From Chrysochromulina tobinii (Eukaryota), in contig JWZX01003276.1 of NCBI GenBank assembly GCA_001275005.1, forward strand, positions 1-44,169: DNA of 44,169 nt, in the 5' to 3' direction. Shown piece by piece: positions 11,057-22,209 of the stretch (the stretch's first letter is position 1; every line of letters starts with the position of its first letter). Position numbers and translations under genes: made by a program. The notes under the pieces are model-generated. The model searched no databases. It was not told the DNA's origin and saw nothing but the letters and a program-made list of their open reading frames with translations.

Positions 11057-12055
11057 ATGGACGGCGAGGGGGCCTCCATCCTCTCTCGTGTCGAGGAGCA
11101 CCCGGACCTGGTTGCTCTTATCGCGTCGCATCTCGACCTCGCTGGCGTCGGCCGCCTAGCAGGCGTCGATCGCACGCTCCGCACGATCATCAGCTCGACA
11201 AATGATGCATGGGAGGGCCACTGCAGCCACCTGTGGGATAGGAAGGTATATGTGCCCCTGAGGGCGCGCAAGCTGCGTGCCTCTGGAGATGCTCGCGCTG
11301 CCCTGCGGCTCTCGATCGAGGACGCAGAGCGCACGTGGTTGACGGACGACGAACTTTGCGCCTTGGAGTGGAACTTCAGGTTCAAGGCATCAGCTGGTGA
11401 ATCGTGGACCGAGGAGGATCCGTATTGGAACGACCTGCCGCCCACACGGGTCAAGTTCGAGATGCCCAGCGCGACCGGCGGAGAGGTGGGCGGCGAGGCC
11501 GACGGCGCGGAGAGCCGGGGCACGATGAAGCCCTCGGGCTTCGAGATGCTCGAGCACCGGTCGCTCCGCTGGCAGTGGGCGAAGGGCCGCGGCGAGGACG
11601 TCGGGGGCGATCGCTCGCGCCTGGAGCTCTACGTCGACGGCCGCAAGGTGCCTACGTACCACGTGTCACGCCACTCCAACTGGGGCTTCCTCATGCAGTC
11701 GTGTTGGGTGCTGTACACGAGCTTCCCGATGCCGGTTCGTGGCACCGATCCCTCTCTCGACGACGAGGCGCTCGAGATTACCATCGAGCGCCAGAGCCGT
11801 GAGGCGCGCGCATACAACACGGGCCTCTTCTACGATCCGACCGCCGAGGTCGACGGCGGCGCGGGCTCTGCCGATGGCGAGCAGCGCGTCGTGGTCTCGC
11901 TCTCAAACGGTCAGACAGCCGAGCTGCCGCTCTGGCTGCTGCAGCATATGGTGCTCGCACAGAACGGCGAGCTGGAGGCGGAGGACGATGGCTCGAGCGA
12001 GGGCGAGAATGGCGACGACGAGGGCGAGATGGCGAAGCTCAAGGCGATTGCTTAG
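11057..12055 (+). CDS. F-box-like protein
   Basis: N-terminal HPDLVALIASHLDLAGVGRLAGVDRTLR...AWEGHC F-box pattern; Trp-rich C-terminal domain; acidic tail; GC falls right after the TAG. Confidence 0.7.
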   Translation: MDGEGASILSRVEEHPDLVALIASHLDLAGVGRLAGVDRTLRTIISSTNDAWEGHCSHLWDRKVYVPLRARKLRASGDARAALRLSIEDAERTWLTDDELCALEWNFRFKASAGESWTEEDPYWNDLPPTRVKFEMPSATGGEVGGEADGAESRGTMKPSGFEMLEHRSLRWQWAKGRGEDVGGDRSRLELYVDGRKVPTYHVSRHSNWGFLMQSCWVLYTSFPMPVRGTDPSLDDEALEITIERQSREARAYNTGLFYDPTAEVDGGAGSADGEQRVVVSLSNGQTAELPLWLLQHMVLAQNGELEAEDDGSSEGENGDDEGEMAKLKAIA

Positions 12056-12356
12056 ATTGTTTTGCATGTGTACTTCTCGTCTTCGCTTGAGTGGGGGTCG
12101 AATTCACGTACCGTGCGGCGCAGGCCACGTGTCTGTGGGAGATGTGTTGTCTGTTGAGTGTGTGGGTGGGCGGCGATGGTGACGCTGCATCACCACGCGA
12201 TCATCCCCGGTCCGCCGTCGCGCGGCAGGCGCGCTGACAATTTTGTTACACGATATCAATATATTCTGTTATATTCAATATTTCTGCAGCATAGAGCATT
12301 GTTGTATGAACGATTGGTGGCGCACACGCAGCTAGCACCGAACTCAGCGCTTCAGG

Positions 12357-13688
12357 TCAGCCAAAGCTGGCTGCCCACTCCTGACGGCAGGCTTGGTATG
12401 CGTGTTTATCCACGGGGTGCACGCAGTTGGAACGGAACCGCACGCGGTCCGTCCTCGCCCGCGCTGCAGCAATGGGCCTTTGGACCGCCTGGGTCGCGCC
12501 GTCATCACTGCCGCCGCCCTCGCCCTCGCCCTCGCCGGACGTGCCGCTGCCATCGGCCGTCGGCGGAGGGTCGTACACATAGAACGGCACGGACAGCGCC
12601 CATCGCTGGCCGCGTGTCAATGGCTTGATACCGTGGACATTCTCCCATCCAGACGAGAAGAAGGCGGCGCGCCCAACAGCCGGCTCGACGACCATCCAGG
12701 CCCACGTGCGGTTGTGCAGGAATTCGAGCTCACCGCCGCCAAAGTCGGCACCATGCTCGTTCAGCCACACAATCGAGGAGAAGTGGAAATGAGGAGCGAG
12801 CGACTCATCACAATGGTAGTTGGACTCGGCGGAACCCTGCGCGTTCCCGTCGGCCGCGGCCTCGGCGGCGAAGCGCTCGCTCCCGCGCTCTGCCAGGGTG
12901 ATGGGCACCGGCGACGCGACGGCGGTAACGGCGCTGGCTCCGGCTGGGTCGGCTGGGTCGACACCAACGCCGCCGCTGGCCGCTGCATGCGCTGCCCGTG
13001 CTTCGTCCCTCGTGCGACTCGGGTAGATTTGAATGTCCGCAGGCATGGGCTTCTCCCCGATGCGCCGGAGCGCGAGCAACGTTTCGGCCACGCCCAGTCG
13101 ATGCAGTGGAAGCCCAAATGTCTCTGCCGCGACGCGACGCATCCGCTCCGCGACGCGGAGGCTAAGCACATGGCCGGCCGTTGAGCCGTTGCGAGCGGAG
13201 CGCATGAAGTCGACGCGCACGTACGGCCAATGCTCGGTAACGTCGCGCGCCGCACCCCCCTCGCTGTCAAGCACGCCTTTTCCGTGCGCCACGAGCTCCG
13301 CCGCCTCGGCGGCTGTCACTACGCCGTCGAATACGTGCAGCCCACATCGGTCGAGGCTGCACAGCGCGTGGCCGCACGCGCGGCCACGCACGAGCTTCAG
13401 ATCGAGCAGGTCGCGATCAAACGAATGCCTCCGCGACAACTCCGACAGCTTGTGGCGCGGCATCAAGCATGTCAGATTCTTGTGGTAGCTGGCGCCCTTG
13501 GTTACTGCCTTGAGGCGCTGGACGTATGCGCCGCTTGGTTGAAGCGCCGCTGGCAACGCTCGTCGCCGTGCCTCGTACTGCAGCATGTCCTGCTCGATGG
13601 CGTCGCGTAGCAGCGAATAGTCCACTGCCGCAGCCGCCTCGGTGGTGAAGAGGCCGCTCATGGCGCCGTCGTTGCAAGAAGTCGCCAT
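12357..13688 (-). CDS. 2-oxoglutarate/Fe(II)-dependent dioxygenase (prolyl-hydroxylase/OGFOD-like)
   Basis: HCD (HxD), SSIVWLN...FGGGELEF, EPAVGRAAFFSSGWENVHGIKPLTRGQRWAL (distal His and 2OG-binding Arg). Confidence 0.85.
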   Translation of the reverse strand: MATSCNDGAMSGLFTTEAAAAVDYSLLRDAIEQDMLQYEARRRALPAALQPSGAYVQRLKAVTKGASYHKNLTCLMPRHKLSELSRRHSFDRDLLDLKLVRGRACGHALCSLDRCGLHVFDGVVTAAEAAELVAHGKGVLDSEGGAARDVTEHWPYVRVDFMRSARNGSTAGHVLSLRVAERMRRVAAETFGLPLHRLGVAETLLALRRIGEKPMPADIQIYPSRTRDEARAAHAAASGGVGVDPADPAGASAVTAVASPVPITLAERGSERFAAEAAADGNAQGSAESNYHCDESLAPHFHFSSIVWLNEHGADFGGGELEFLHNRTWAWMVVEPAVGRAAFFSSGWENVHGIKPLTRGQRWALSVPFYVYDPPPTADGSGTSGEGEGEGGGSDDGATQAVQRPIAAARARTDRVRFRSNCVHPVDKHAYQACRQEWAASFG

Positions 13689-14298
13689 TGTGAACAACGG
13701 AGTTCACTATGAATACACACACACAACGGAGTTCACCGCGGGTATGGCCCGCTACAGGTAAACAGTAGGTGTGAATACTATGTGAATGAGGGCGAGCCGA
13801 CCACTTCCGGTCCGGCCGAGCATGCATGCAGTCACGGTCCATATTACCATATCGGGCGTACAGTACCGGTATCATCTTGGGCGCAGGACCTCGTGACTGT
13901 ACTGGGTCGTGACCCGCTCGAGTGAGCTTCGAGAATCTCCTCGTGCGCACTGTCGTGTTGTTGTTGTCGTATCCCGCCCTCCCTTTTCCCTGGCGCCTGG
14001 GGGTTTCTGAGGCATTGGGCGATTCTTTGGGGGGACGTCGTGTTCGTCGCGTTCTAGCTCTATACATAATACATCCCAACCGAGCCTCTCCAACGAACTG
14101 TGAAGCTGAGCCATCCTTTACGTTGTTATATGTGCCGCCCACGCACGCCGGCATGCTCCACGTCCACGACGTGACTGGTACCGTACCAGTACATGCACCG
14201 GTCAACGGGTCAAGTCTTAAGTGTTATCTCGTACACAATGAATCGACCGAGTATGCAGTATCTTTCACGAGTTTGGGGCGTTCGGTTGTGGCCGCGCG

Positions 14299-15976
14299 CT
14301 AAGCCGCTCGACACTCAGTTAGGTGCCCCCCCCTCCGAGACGCGAGAGGCCGAGCCCCCCCTCCGATACCCCTCCGAAGCCCCTCGCCTACCCCTCGCCA
14401 GCGTTGCGCACGCGCTCCCCCACACCCCCAAGCACAAGGGCAAGGGCGTGGCATGGGGAGCGGATTGTCCCGCGTCACGCGTTCACACCGCAGGGACGGT
14501 GGGTCGTGGGTGGGCCAGACGCCAGCGTGGTTCACTCGCTTACAGTCGGCCAGGGGACGGCCTGGTGGTGCGATTGCGAATGCGGCCACCATGCTGTCAT
14601 ACCCACCACCGACATTCTCAATTGATCTCGACTCGCACCTGGCGCGACTGACCCTGCTCGTGCGAGAGCAGCTCGACCCAGCCACTTTCGAGTTCTTCAT
14701 GAGCGGCCGAGCCCAGCGACAACGTCTTGATCAGCGTCCACTCGCCGTCGTCGTCGTCGCGGCCCTTGATACGCAGCCGGCTGGGAGAGAAGTTATCGAA
14801 ACTGACATGCCGGTACATCCCCAGTCGGCAGACCGGTACGTCCCCACGAGCTCGGGCGAGCTCGATCCAATGAAGAGGGTCGGGGCTCGGCTCGACGTTG
14901 CTCTTCCCATTTGTATGCCAGTACGGATCGATGCTCGTCGCATCGAGCACTGCGACTGCCTTGCCATAGTGTGCATGTGAGCCGTCCTCGTCGCCACCCT
15001 CGCTAGAGCAGTTCAGCACACGAAGCTTGGGGTAGAGCTCGCGAGGCAAGCTCTTCTCGACGCCATGAACGAAGCGAAGCAAAGACGTCGTCAGAAGGTC
15101 CTTGGCCCACGGCGCCGCGAGAAGCGGCTCCGGCTGCACCTGCGACTGCACGAAGCTGAACGAGAGCAGCGGGAATCGCACGGCCGCGAAGAGGGAGCGC
15201 ATCTCGGACTCGTTGGGTTGCCGCTCTTGGGCCCTCACCCAGCGCACCGCGGCCCGAAAGACAGCCTCCTCCTCCTTCACTTCAAGCTCATCCTGTGGCA
15301 GTAGCCGAAGCACGAGCTGGAGAGGCGCCGACAGCCAGGCGTCACTTGCGGCAATCGTCTGGAAGTGAAACGACACGTACTCGAGCGCATGACTCGACAG
15401 CTCAGAGAGCATCAGTCGATCTGCGAGATCCCACGACTCGATCGCGTTGGCTTCGTTGAGCCGAGCGATCATGGCACCGACGGCGGCTTCTTGCAGCGCA
15501 GGCATCAGAAGTCGAGACGCCGCCTCGAGCACTTCGGTGAGGCAGCTCTCGTTGAACGTACAGGTGCCCTTGTACATGAACGTCAGCAGCGCCTTGAAGG
15601 TCGGTGCGGAGAGCTCAGAGAGCTCAAGGGTACTCACACTTGCCATCGTTGCCCCCGCCCCAATCAGGCTTCCCTTGAAGTATCCTGATGTGGCGACAAG
15701 CATAACTCGATGAGCCTCAAATGTACGGCCGTTGACAACCAGCTTGATATCACACAAATCACCCGCCTCCCACAGCGAAGCCAGCTCGGTCCGCAGGTTT
15801 CCCGTATCATCACGAGATCCAAGCGTGCATGTAGCGATGGGCGGCAGCGAGTTGGAAAAGGAATCGTGCGTCAACAAGCCAAGGGAGCGCTTTCTGCTCA
15901 GCATCCTCAACACACTCTCCGCCACGCCGGAAGCGCGTCCAGGAGCTGTCGTGAAAGTAAAAGTTGATGGGTGCAT
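14299..15976 (-). CDS. BTB/POZ-BACK protein with C-terminal APC10/DOC-like domain; apparent +1 frameshift at about 14622
   Basis: LCDIKLVVNGRTFEAHRVMLVATSGYF (BTB); EEAVFRAAVRWV, VRFPLLS (BACK); YWHTNG...HWIEL...DNFSPSRLRIKG (DOC-like). The last DOC-like strand lies in ORF 14299..14700. The true end is uncertain. Confidence 0.8.
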
Positions 15977-16029
15977 GCAATTGCAACACTTCGGCCCGCT
16001 TGGTTGAGCGGTGTTCGAGCAAAGTATGT

Positions 16030-16063
16030 GTTCAGTTCAGTTCAGTACTGAACTGAACTGAAC
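16030..16063. repeat. Perfect 34-bp palindrome G(TTCAG)3-TA-(CTGAA)3C
   Basis: GTTCAGTTCAGTTCAGTACTGAACTGAACTGAAC read directly. Confidence 0.95.
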
Positions 16064-16399
16064 TAGTATGTACACTCAGCCTCCTCATGTTTTGAATTAC
16101 GATGAACACAAGGGTTACGCGCGCACACTCGCCGCTGGCCCCTTGCCTCTCCTAGCCTCTCCATAGTCCATTTCCCCACAAGCGCGGGGCGTCTCCTGTG
16201 CAGGTGTCTCCCAGGCTCGTCCTGGGAGGCGCCCTTCGATGAGCAGGAAATGAGGGAAACAGAGGGACTGTATTGCGCACCTGTGCGTTCAAAGCCAAAC
16301 GGACGCACTTGCTCCCTCGCACTGGGCTCCAGATCGATGGTGACGCGAGCGCGCAGGCCGCCTCTGCCAAGCCGAGAGACAGATAGAGCTTGCCCGGTG

Positions 16400-18266
16400 T
16401 CACTTGTGGCAAAACCTGCGCCGCTCGCGGCTCCATGGGTCAGCCGCCGGATTCTGCTTTGCCTCCTCACGAAGACGGAGCCAGCCGACGGTGAGCCAGT
16501 TGCTGAACTCGGTGACGCCGATCATGGTGTGATCGCCGGCCGACACGAGCTTGAAGGTGTGGGAGGCCACGTCACGCAGCTCCTCTTCCCACAGCGCCTC
16601 GTCATCGACCACCTTCTTTACGTGCGAGATGAACTGAGGAATGGCGAGACTCGAGAAGCACACATCAGTGACCGACGAGGTGAGGCAGGAGTAAGGCAGG
16701 AGAACTCTCGAGGACGCGACGCGTGCCACTCACCTCGTGGCGCGAGATCGCCCCGTCGTTTGCGCTCGAGTCCCATGCGCGTAGCAGGTCGACAGGCCCA
16801 ATGGCTGCATGAGAGAGCGTGAGCTGCAGTGCCTTGCGCAGCGTCTCGGGAGTCCACTCGATGTCTCTCGGAGCCGGCTTCCGTAGCGTCAGCCTCTGCG
16901 CTCTGTCGCGCTTCGCTTCCGCCCCCCGCATCCATGCGTACAGGTCCCGCTGGCCGATGACACCCGAGCCGTCGGTGTCCATTTGTTCGAAGAGCCCCCG
17001 CACGAGTGCCTTCTCGCGGCGCACTGCGATCATCCCGATACGCTCGAGCGCACGCCCGAGCTGTGCCTCGCTCAGCGTGCCATTCGCGCCGCAGGTCATC
17101 GCGCAGAAGAGGTCCGAGATGCGCGCGGGCGGCTCGTGCGCCGCGAGTAGCGCGCCCAGCTGCAGCCGAAGCGCTTCGTAGCTCTCGGTGGTGAGCTGCC
17201 ACGCGCGGGTATCTAGCACCACGGCCGCGTGCTCGGCTTCGTACGAGAGGCCGAGAATAAATCGCTTGGCTTCACGCGAGGCGCCGCGTAGCTTGAGAGC
17301 GCTCAGGAGCTCAGAGCCGTCGACCGTCCCGGATCCTGACGGATCGAGCTCAGCGAAGAGATCGTGCGAGATTGCTCCGAATCCGAGATCTTCCGCAGCG
17401 TGCTGGAACTCGGCGGCGTCGAGCGTGCCGTCGGTGCCCTTCTGGTCGTACCTTCGGAAGATTGCATCAAGCCCCACGCCGGTCTGGCTCTGCACGTAGC
17501 CCAGGAGGAACATGAAGAACTCATCCAGCGAGATCGTGCCGCTCCCGTCGAGATCGCACCTCTCGAAGAGGATGGTCACCTCGTCGTCCGTGAGGGGCGT
17601 CGTGGTGGGTACTACGAGCCTTCGGAACTCGTCCATCGTCAGGCTGCCCGAGTTGTCCACGTCGGCAGCGAAAAACTGCTCGGCCGCATCGCGCATCAGT
17701 TTCACGGCCTGGGGTACCACCGGCACCTCGCTCAGTCCTGCGACCTCGTCTTCACAGAACCTCGGCGACGCATTCAGAAGCGACTGCGATGGCGTCTGGC
17801 TGCGACGCTTCGACGGAGCCCTCTTCGAAGCGAGGCCAACAGCCACGCGCCCCGCACTAGCGCGGTCCTGGAGCACCGCCTCATGAAGCTCCTGGGTCCG
17901 CGATTTCGATGACTTTCGGTGCCGCCCACTCCCACTCATGGAAGGGACACTTGAAGCCGGCCGGCTGACGAGCTGCTGTGCCGTCCTCTGTAAAGGCTGT
18001 CGATTCGGTACATGGTGTAGGAAGATCGGATCGAGCAGAGATCGAGGACTTCCCATGCAAAGGTGCGACTGAGCGAAGAGCACAGCTTTCGTGGCACGTG
18101 GGTTAGGCAGAAACGGATGTGAAGCACTGCGTAGGCGTGGCAAAGGCGCCCGACTGCCTTGGAGCGGTGCAATCGACCTCCACGAATCCGTAAACCCCCT
18201 ACTTCCTGGCGTGACTGCCCTCCCGAATGCGAATGGAGTGTGGAGGGCATCGCGTGATACTGACAT
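16400..18266 (-). CDS. Multi-EF-hand calcium-binding protein; model join(complement 16734..18266, 16400..16633)
   Basis: EF loops DVDNSGSLTMDEF, DLDGSGTISLDEF, DGTLDAAEF, DPSGSGTVDGSEL and DTDGSGVIGQRDL; splicing completes NDGAISRHE-FISHV. Confidence 0.85.
16634..16733 (-). other. Spliceosomal intron (100 nt)
   Basis: GAG/GTGAGT donor and CCTCAG/TTC acceptor; phase 0; restores an EF-hand. Confidence 0.85.
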
Positions 18267-18506
18267 CGCGTGATGCGGTACACGAGGGTTGCAAAAACCA
18301 TTGAGCGAAGCGTGTCTTCATACGAAAAATGAATCTTCTTATCTTTCACATCACGCATGCAACCCACCGACCACATTTCTTGTGCACGACCCCGTCTAGA
18401 ACTCGTCATCAAGTGAAACCATGTAATTGCATGTCAAAGGAAGGACACTCACCTTTCGTCCCATTTAGGCAAGTTTCGAATAAGGAAGAACTCGTCCATT
18501 ACGAGC

Positions 18507-20090
18507 ATGGAAGTCCTCTTGGCAGATGCGATGTTCGGCAAGAATAGAATGACAGAGGCCGGCTACGATGTCGATGGCAATGGCGTCATCGAGGAAAACG
18601 AGCTCGTGGATCTGCAGCGGCTCAACTATAGCACCCCCGGCGGCATGCGCCGCGGCGAGATGCAGGTGCCTGCCGGCGGCTTCTCAAGGTACGCACAGTC
18701 GATGTGCAACAAAGCTAAAGCTGAGCGCGTCCGACGGGAGCAGCGTGAGCGAGAGCTCCTCGGCAGCCCGCACTGCCCGAAGGGCACGATGGTGCGTGTG
18801 GCGACGGGGGAGCTCGTTCCTCTCGGTTCCTGGCGGGGCTCCGACCTGGTCTCGGGTTTAGGTTCCCTCCAGCCCTTGATCAAAGAGAATGGCGCAACGC
18901 CCACTCGCGTGTTCGCGTCCAAGAAGTCGGATGGCAAGTTGAAGAACCACGAGACCAAGGACCGGGCATTGGTCACGTCAAACGCTGCGCTTCCGAAGAA
19001 GCAAACGCCTCCTTCGGGCACGGCCAACAAACGATCGCCGCTTTCGGGATCGCATTCTTCCGACGCGTTCGACGACGCTCACGACGCGTTCACGAAGGAC
19101 GAGCACACTGAGCGCGCCCGTCTCCACGCTCAGACGGGCCGCCCCGCGCCAAAGGTAGCCCCCACGCCCGAGACGGAGGAGCGGCACCAGGCTGCCCTCG
19201 CCTTGACGTCCCGCTCCGCCCCATCCTTCGCCCAATTGCTGATCTCGTTCTTCGGCGCGGGTGACGAGTCCCTTCCTCGCGTCTCTTCCTCGGACAAGGC
19301 AGCGATGGTTGCGACTGAAGTGCAGAAAGCCAACTATAAGGCGAGCGCGGAAAAGCTCTTACCTGAGGGCTACAACGGCAGCTACAATGCGGTGGTGCAA
19401 CAGATGAACTCTCATCGCGCCGAGGAGACGCGTCAAGACATTGCTGTCTGGCAAGATGAGCTGCAGAACGAGGAGCAGAAGTACATGGACAAGGCCATGA
19501 CGAGCCGAGCGACCATCCATCATGGCAGAGCCAACACTGAAATGGCCAAGGAGGAAGTTCTGCGTGCGAAGCAGATGGAGGCGGAGGAGGTCATGAAGGA
19601 GTCCAAGCGTCTGCACACCATCGCACGAAAGAGCCTCGACACTGACCAGAAGGCCAAGAATGAACGAGCTGCACAGTCGTTCGACAGACGCTACCTGACC
19701 ATTGACGAGGTGGTCGCCACGCTGCAGAAGTTCAGCCCTGAGGAGGCGTCCCTAACTCCTCGTAGCTTCTACACGATGGAACCGGAATCGCGCTCGCCGA
19801 GTGATGCCTATCTTAGGCCGTTCAAGAATCTGTCCGACCAGGTGGCCAAGGAGAACGCCGCCCTCTACGCCCGGATCCATAACATCGCGGCGCGCACGGA
19901 TGTAGACATCTCCGACGAGGCAGCTGGCGCGGCGCGGGGCACCATGGCGGAAGAGAGCGACGCAAACAAGAAGGAGAAGGCCAAGAAGCTGGCGGCCCAG
20001 AACAAGGCCTTCCATAGAAGAATTGCCGACACGAAGGCCAAGGTCGACGATGATTACGACGAGACGCCAGCTTTGGACAAGAACGACTAA
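18507..20090 (+). CDS. Hypothetical coiled-coil protein with a single N-terminal EF-hand-like loop
   Basis: 527-aa ORF; DVDGNGVIEENEL; helical E/K/A-rich C-terminal half. Confidence 0.65.
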   Translation: MEVLLADAMFGKNRMTEAGYDVDGNGVIEENELVDLQRLNYSTPGGMRRGEMQVPAGGFSRYAQSMCNKAKAERVRREQRERELLGSPHCPKGTMVRVATGELVPLGSWRGSDLVSGLGSLQPLIKENGATPTRVFASKKSDGKLKNHETKDRALVTSNAALPKKQTPPSGTANKRSPLSGSHSSDAFDDAHDAFTKDEHTERARLHAQTGRPAPKVAPTPETEERHQAALALTSRSAPSFAQLLISFFGAGDESLPRVSSSDKAAMVATEVQKANYKASAEKLLPEGYNGSYNAVVQQMNSHRAEETRQDIAVWQDELQNEEQKYMDKAMTSRATIHHGRANTEMAKEEVLRAKQMEAEEVMKESKRLHTIARKSLDTDQKAKNERAAQSFDRRYLTIDEVVATLQKFSPEEASLTPRSFYTMEPESRSPSDAYLRPFKNLSDQVAKENAALYARIHNIAARTDVDISDEAAGAARGTMAEESDANKKEKAKKLAAQNKAFHRRIADTKAKVDDDYDETPALDKND

Positions 20091-20393
20091 GCTGAGACAG
20101 GGGAAAGGGGACGAACAGGTGGGAAAGCGGAAGAAAAGAGGGCGCACGTTCTTTCATAATTTCTCGGTGTGTGGTACATGAAGATTAAAGTTACCGGGTA
20201 CCGGTAGCGGAAGCAGTGACCAGTTTGTGCATCGACCATCGTCCATCGAGCGAGAGATGCTGGTCTCGTGACAAAAGTTTGTCATAATTATGACAGTCTG
20301 ACTCACCACCCCTGTTTCGGGATTCACCAGTTGATTCACCTACTGTACGGTAATTGTTTTACGAAACGCGTCGTCGCGAGCCTTTTCTCGATC

Positions 20394-21158
20394 ATGAAAG
20401 CGGCATCTTGGACGCTGATGGCGACGCGTTCGGCCTTGTACCCGTACACGCGGCCGCTCTTTGCGGCCGTAGGAATCGGCACTGCAGCCATTGCTGACGG
20501 GGCACTCGGATCTCCCTTTGCATCGAGCCGCACAGCCCTCGCTGCGCCGGCCGACAGCTTTGAAGAGCAAGTGGCCCTCCTCCCGGTGGCAGCCGTCGGA
20601 CTCGTCGGCGCTGCGGCTGTGCTGCGTGGGCACGCAGGGCTGATTTGGATGAGTCACTCGTATGAAAGATGGGCGTGGGCCACGGCCTTTGGCTGCCTTC
20701 CGGTCGCAGTCGCGGCGACCGCAGTGAACCACCAGCGCAAGACTGCCACGGATGCAGAGGAGTTGCGCTTCCTATTGGCGCCGAGCGTAGGTGCAGCCCT
20801 GGCTGCAGTCGCAGGCGAGCGGCTGGGCTCGGCAGTCGGCCGCGTGCTGCTGCCCACGCTCACGGGCATCGGTGCCTTGAGCGCGGGCGCTGCCTTTTTC
20901 GGAGATGAGCGTGGCAAGCGGGTGGCGAGCGACCTGCAGAGCGCGGCGCTGCTCCTCCTGCCCGCGCTGCATGCAGTTTGCCTGCCTGTGTACACGCTCT
21001 CGGCACAGACCGCCCTCGGCATCGCCTGGTTCCATGCTGCTGCGGCCTGGTCGACGCTCGACGACGCGCCCAAGGCTGTGCAGCGCGTGCTAATCGCCGT
21101 CGGCGCCGCGTCGGTGCTGCGCTGCCTCTGCCGGCGAGCGCCCATATGCCACTTCTGA
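20394..21158 (+). CDS. Hypothetical multi-pass membrane protein
   Basis: Several Ala/Leu/Val/Gly-rich hydrophobic segments; the ATG at 20394 follows AT-richer sequence. Confidence 0.6.
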   Translation: MKAASWTLMATRSALYPYTRPLFAAVGIGTAAIADGALGSPFASSRTALAAPADSFEEQVALLPVAAVGLVGAAAVLRGHAGLIWMSHSYERWAWATAFGCLPVAVAATAVNHQRKTATDAEELRFLLAPSVGAALAAVAGERLGSAVGRVLLPTLTGIGALSAGAAFFGDERGKRVASDLQSAALLLLPALHAVCLPVYTLSAQTALGIAWFHAAAAWSTLDDAPKAVQRVLIAVGAASVLRCLCRRAPICHF

Positions 21159-21376
21159 GGCGCGTTGAGGCAAAGAGAGCTGTATTTGTACAAGTGAAAT
21201 ATGGTTTTGTAATACTCAGTGAGCTCAACTTCGAACGGAAGCGACGGCTAGCCGTGTTCCGTCTCCAGCGCATCCGGCAATTTCCGGCCGTGCGGGCACG
21301 TAGAGCGGAGGCACTGGGCTGGCTGGGCCGCGTCCGAAAAATTTGCCTCCTTTTACGAGTTTGCTTCCGTTTTCGT

Positions 21377-22183
21377 TCAGCGATCGACTGAACTCGGGAG
21401 GATTCCGAAGCGGTTGGCACGCGCAACGGTTCTTGCTGCGGCGGCTCCGAGAGCAGCCGCATCGACGTCGTACCAGCTGCCGGCAGTAGGCTCTGTGGTG
21501 AGCACAGGCGGAGGAGGTGGGCGGCGTGCGGCGGTGGCATGCTCTCGGAGCAAACGCTCCCGCGACGATAGGTCTTCATGGACTTCATCCCGCAGCTGCT
21601 GCGCACGCAGTAGAGCTTCGTCCACCGTATGGCGGCCGCGCTCGGAGGTGTGCTCACGTAATGTCGTTCGCGATATGGATATGTCGTTCGCCTCCTCGGC
21701 GTTGGCGAGGGCGAGTTGCCAACTCGCAGCAGTCGCAATGTGCTGCGGGAGCAGTGCGGTGATCTCCCGCAGCAGTCGCTCCTGCGAAGATTGGGCAAGC
21801 TCCCAGTGCAGTCGCTCCCGCGAAGATTGGGCAGGTTCCCGGAGCAGGCGAATCGTCATCGCATCTTCGCATCCTCGCAAGCGTGCCTCATCCTCGCATT
21901 GGCGCAGCCCAGCATGCGAGGATCTTGGTGGCGTGATGGCCGCAGGCCCATCTGCCTCAACAAGGTAATTGTAATCAGCTGTGAGCCTGGCCATCATGCC
22001 CCAGTCGTCCTCGTGGTCATCATACATGCTCTCCCAGGCGTCCAGTGTCGTCCTCTCCATCCAGGATGGGTCCATGCGCTTGAGATGTTCCCACCACAAC
22101 ACACGTCGAGCAATCGTGAGCCCCGGGGAGTGGCAAATAACGACAACAACTGTTTCAAAAATTGAATCGCTGCTGCAGTTCAA
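21377..22183 (-). CDS. Hypothetical protein
   Basis: 268-aa ORF with helical composition and a short duplication AQSS.ERL; likely start MDPSWMER; no recognised domain. Confidence 0.4.
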   Translation of the reverse strand: MNCSSDSIFETVVVVICHSPGLTIARRVLWWEHLKRMDPSWMERTTLDAWESMYDDHEDDWGMMARLTADYNYLVEADGPAAITPPRSSHAGLRQCEDEARLRGCEDAMTIRLLREPAQSSRERLHWELAQSSQERLLREITALLPQHIATAASWQLALANAEEANDISISRTTLREHTSERGRHTVDEALLRAQQLRDEVHEDLSSRERLLREHATAARRPPPPPVLTTEPTAGSWYDVDAAALGAAAARTVARANRFGILPSSVDR

Positions 22184-22209
22184 TCTATGGCATGCATTTC
22201 ATCTCGCAT

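Noticed and set aside
12053..12055. Genome-wide reassignment of TAG to an amino acid
   Set aside because: TAG ends this gene with an immediate shift to UTR-like sequence and also ends the ORFs at 30170, 31022 and 41123.
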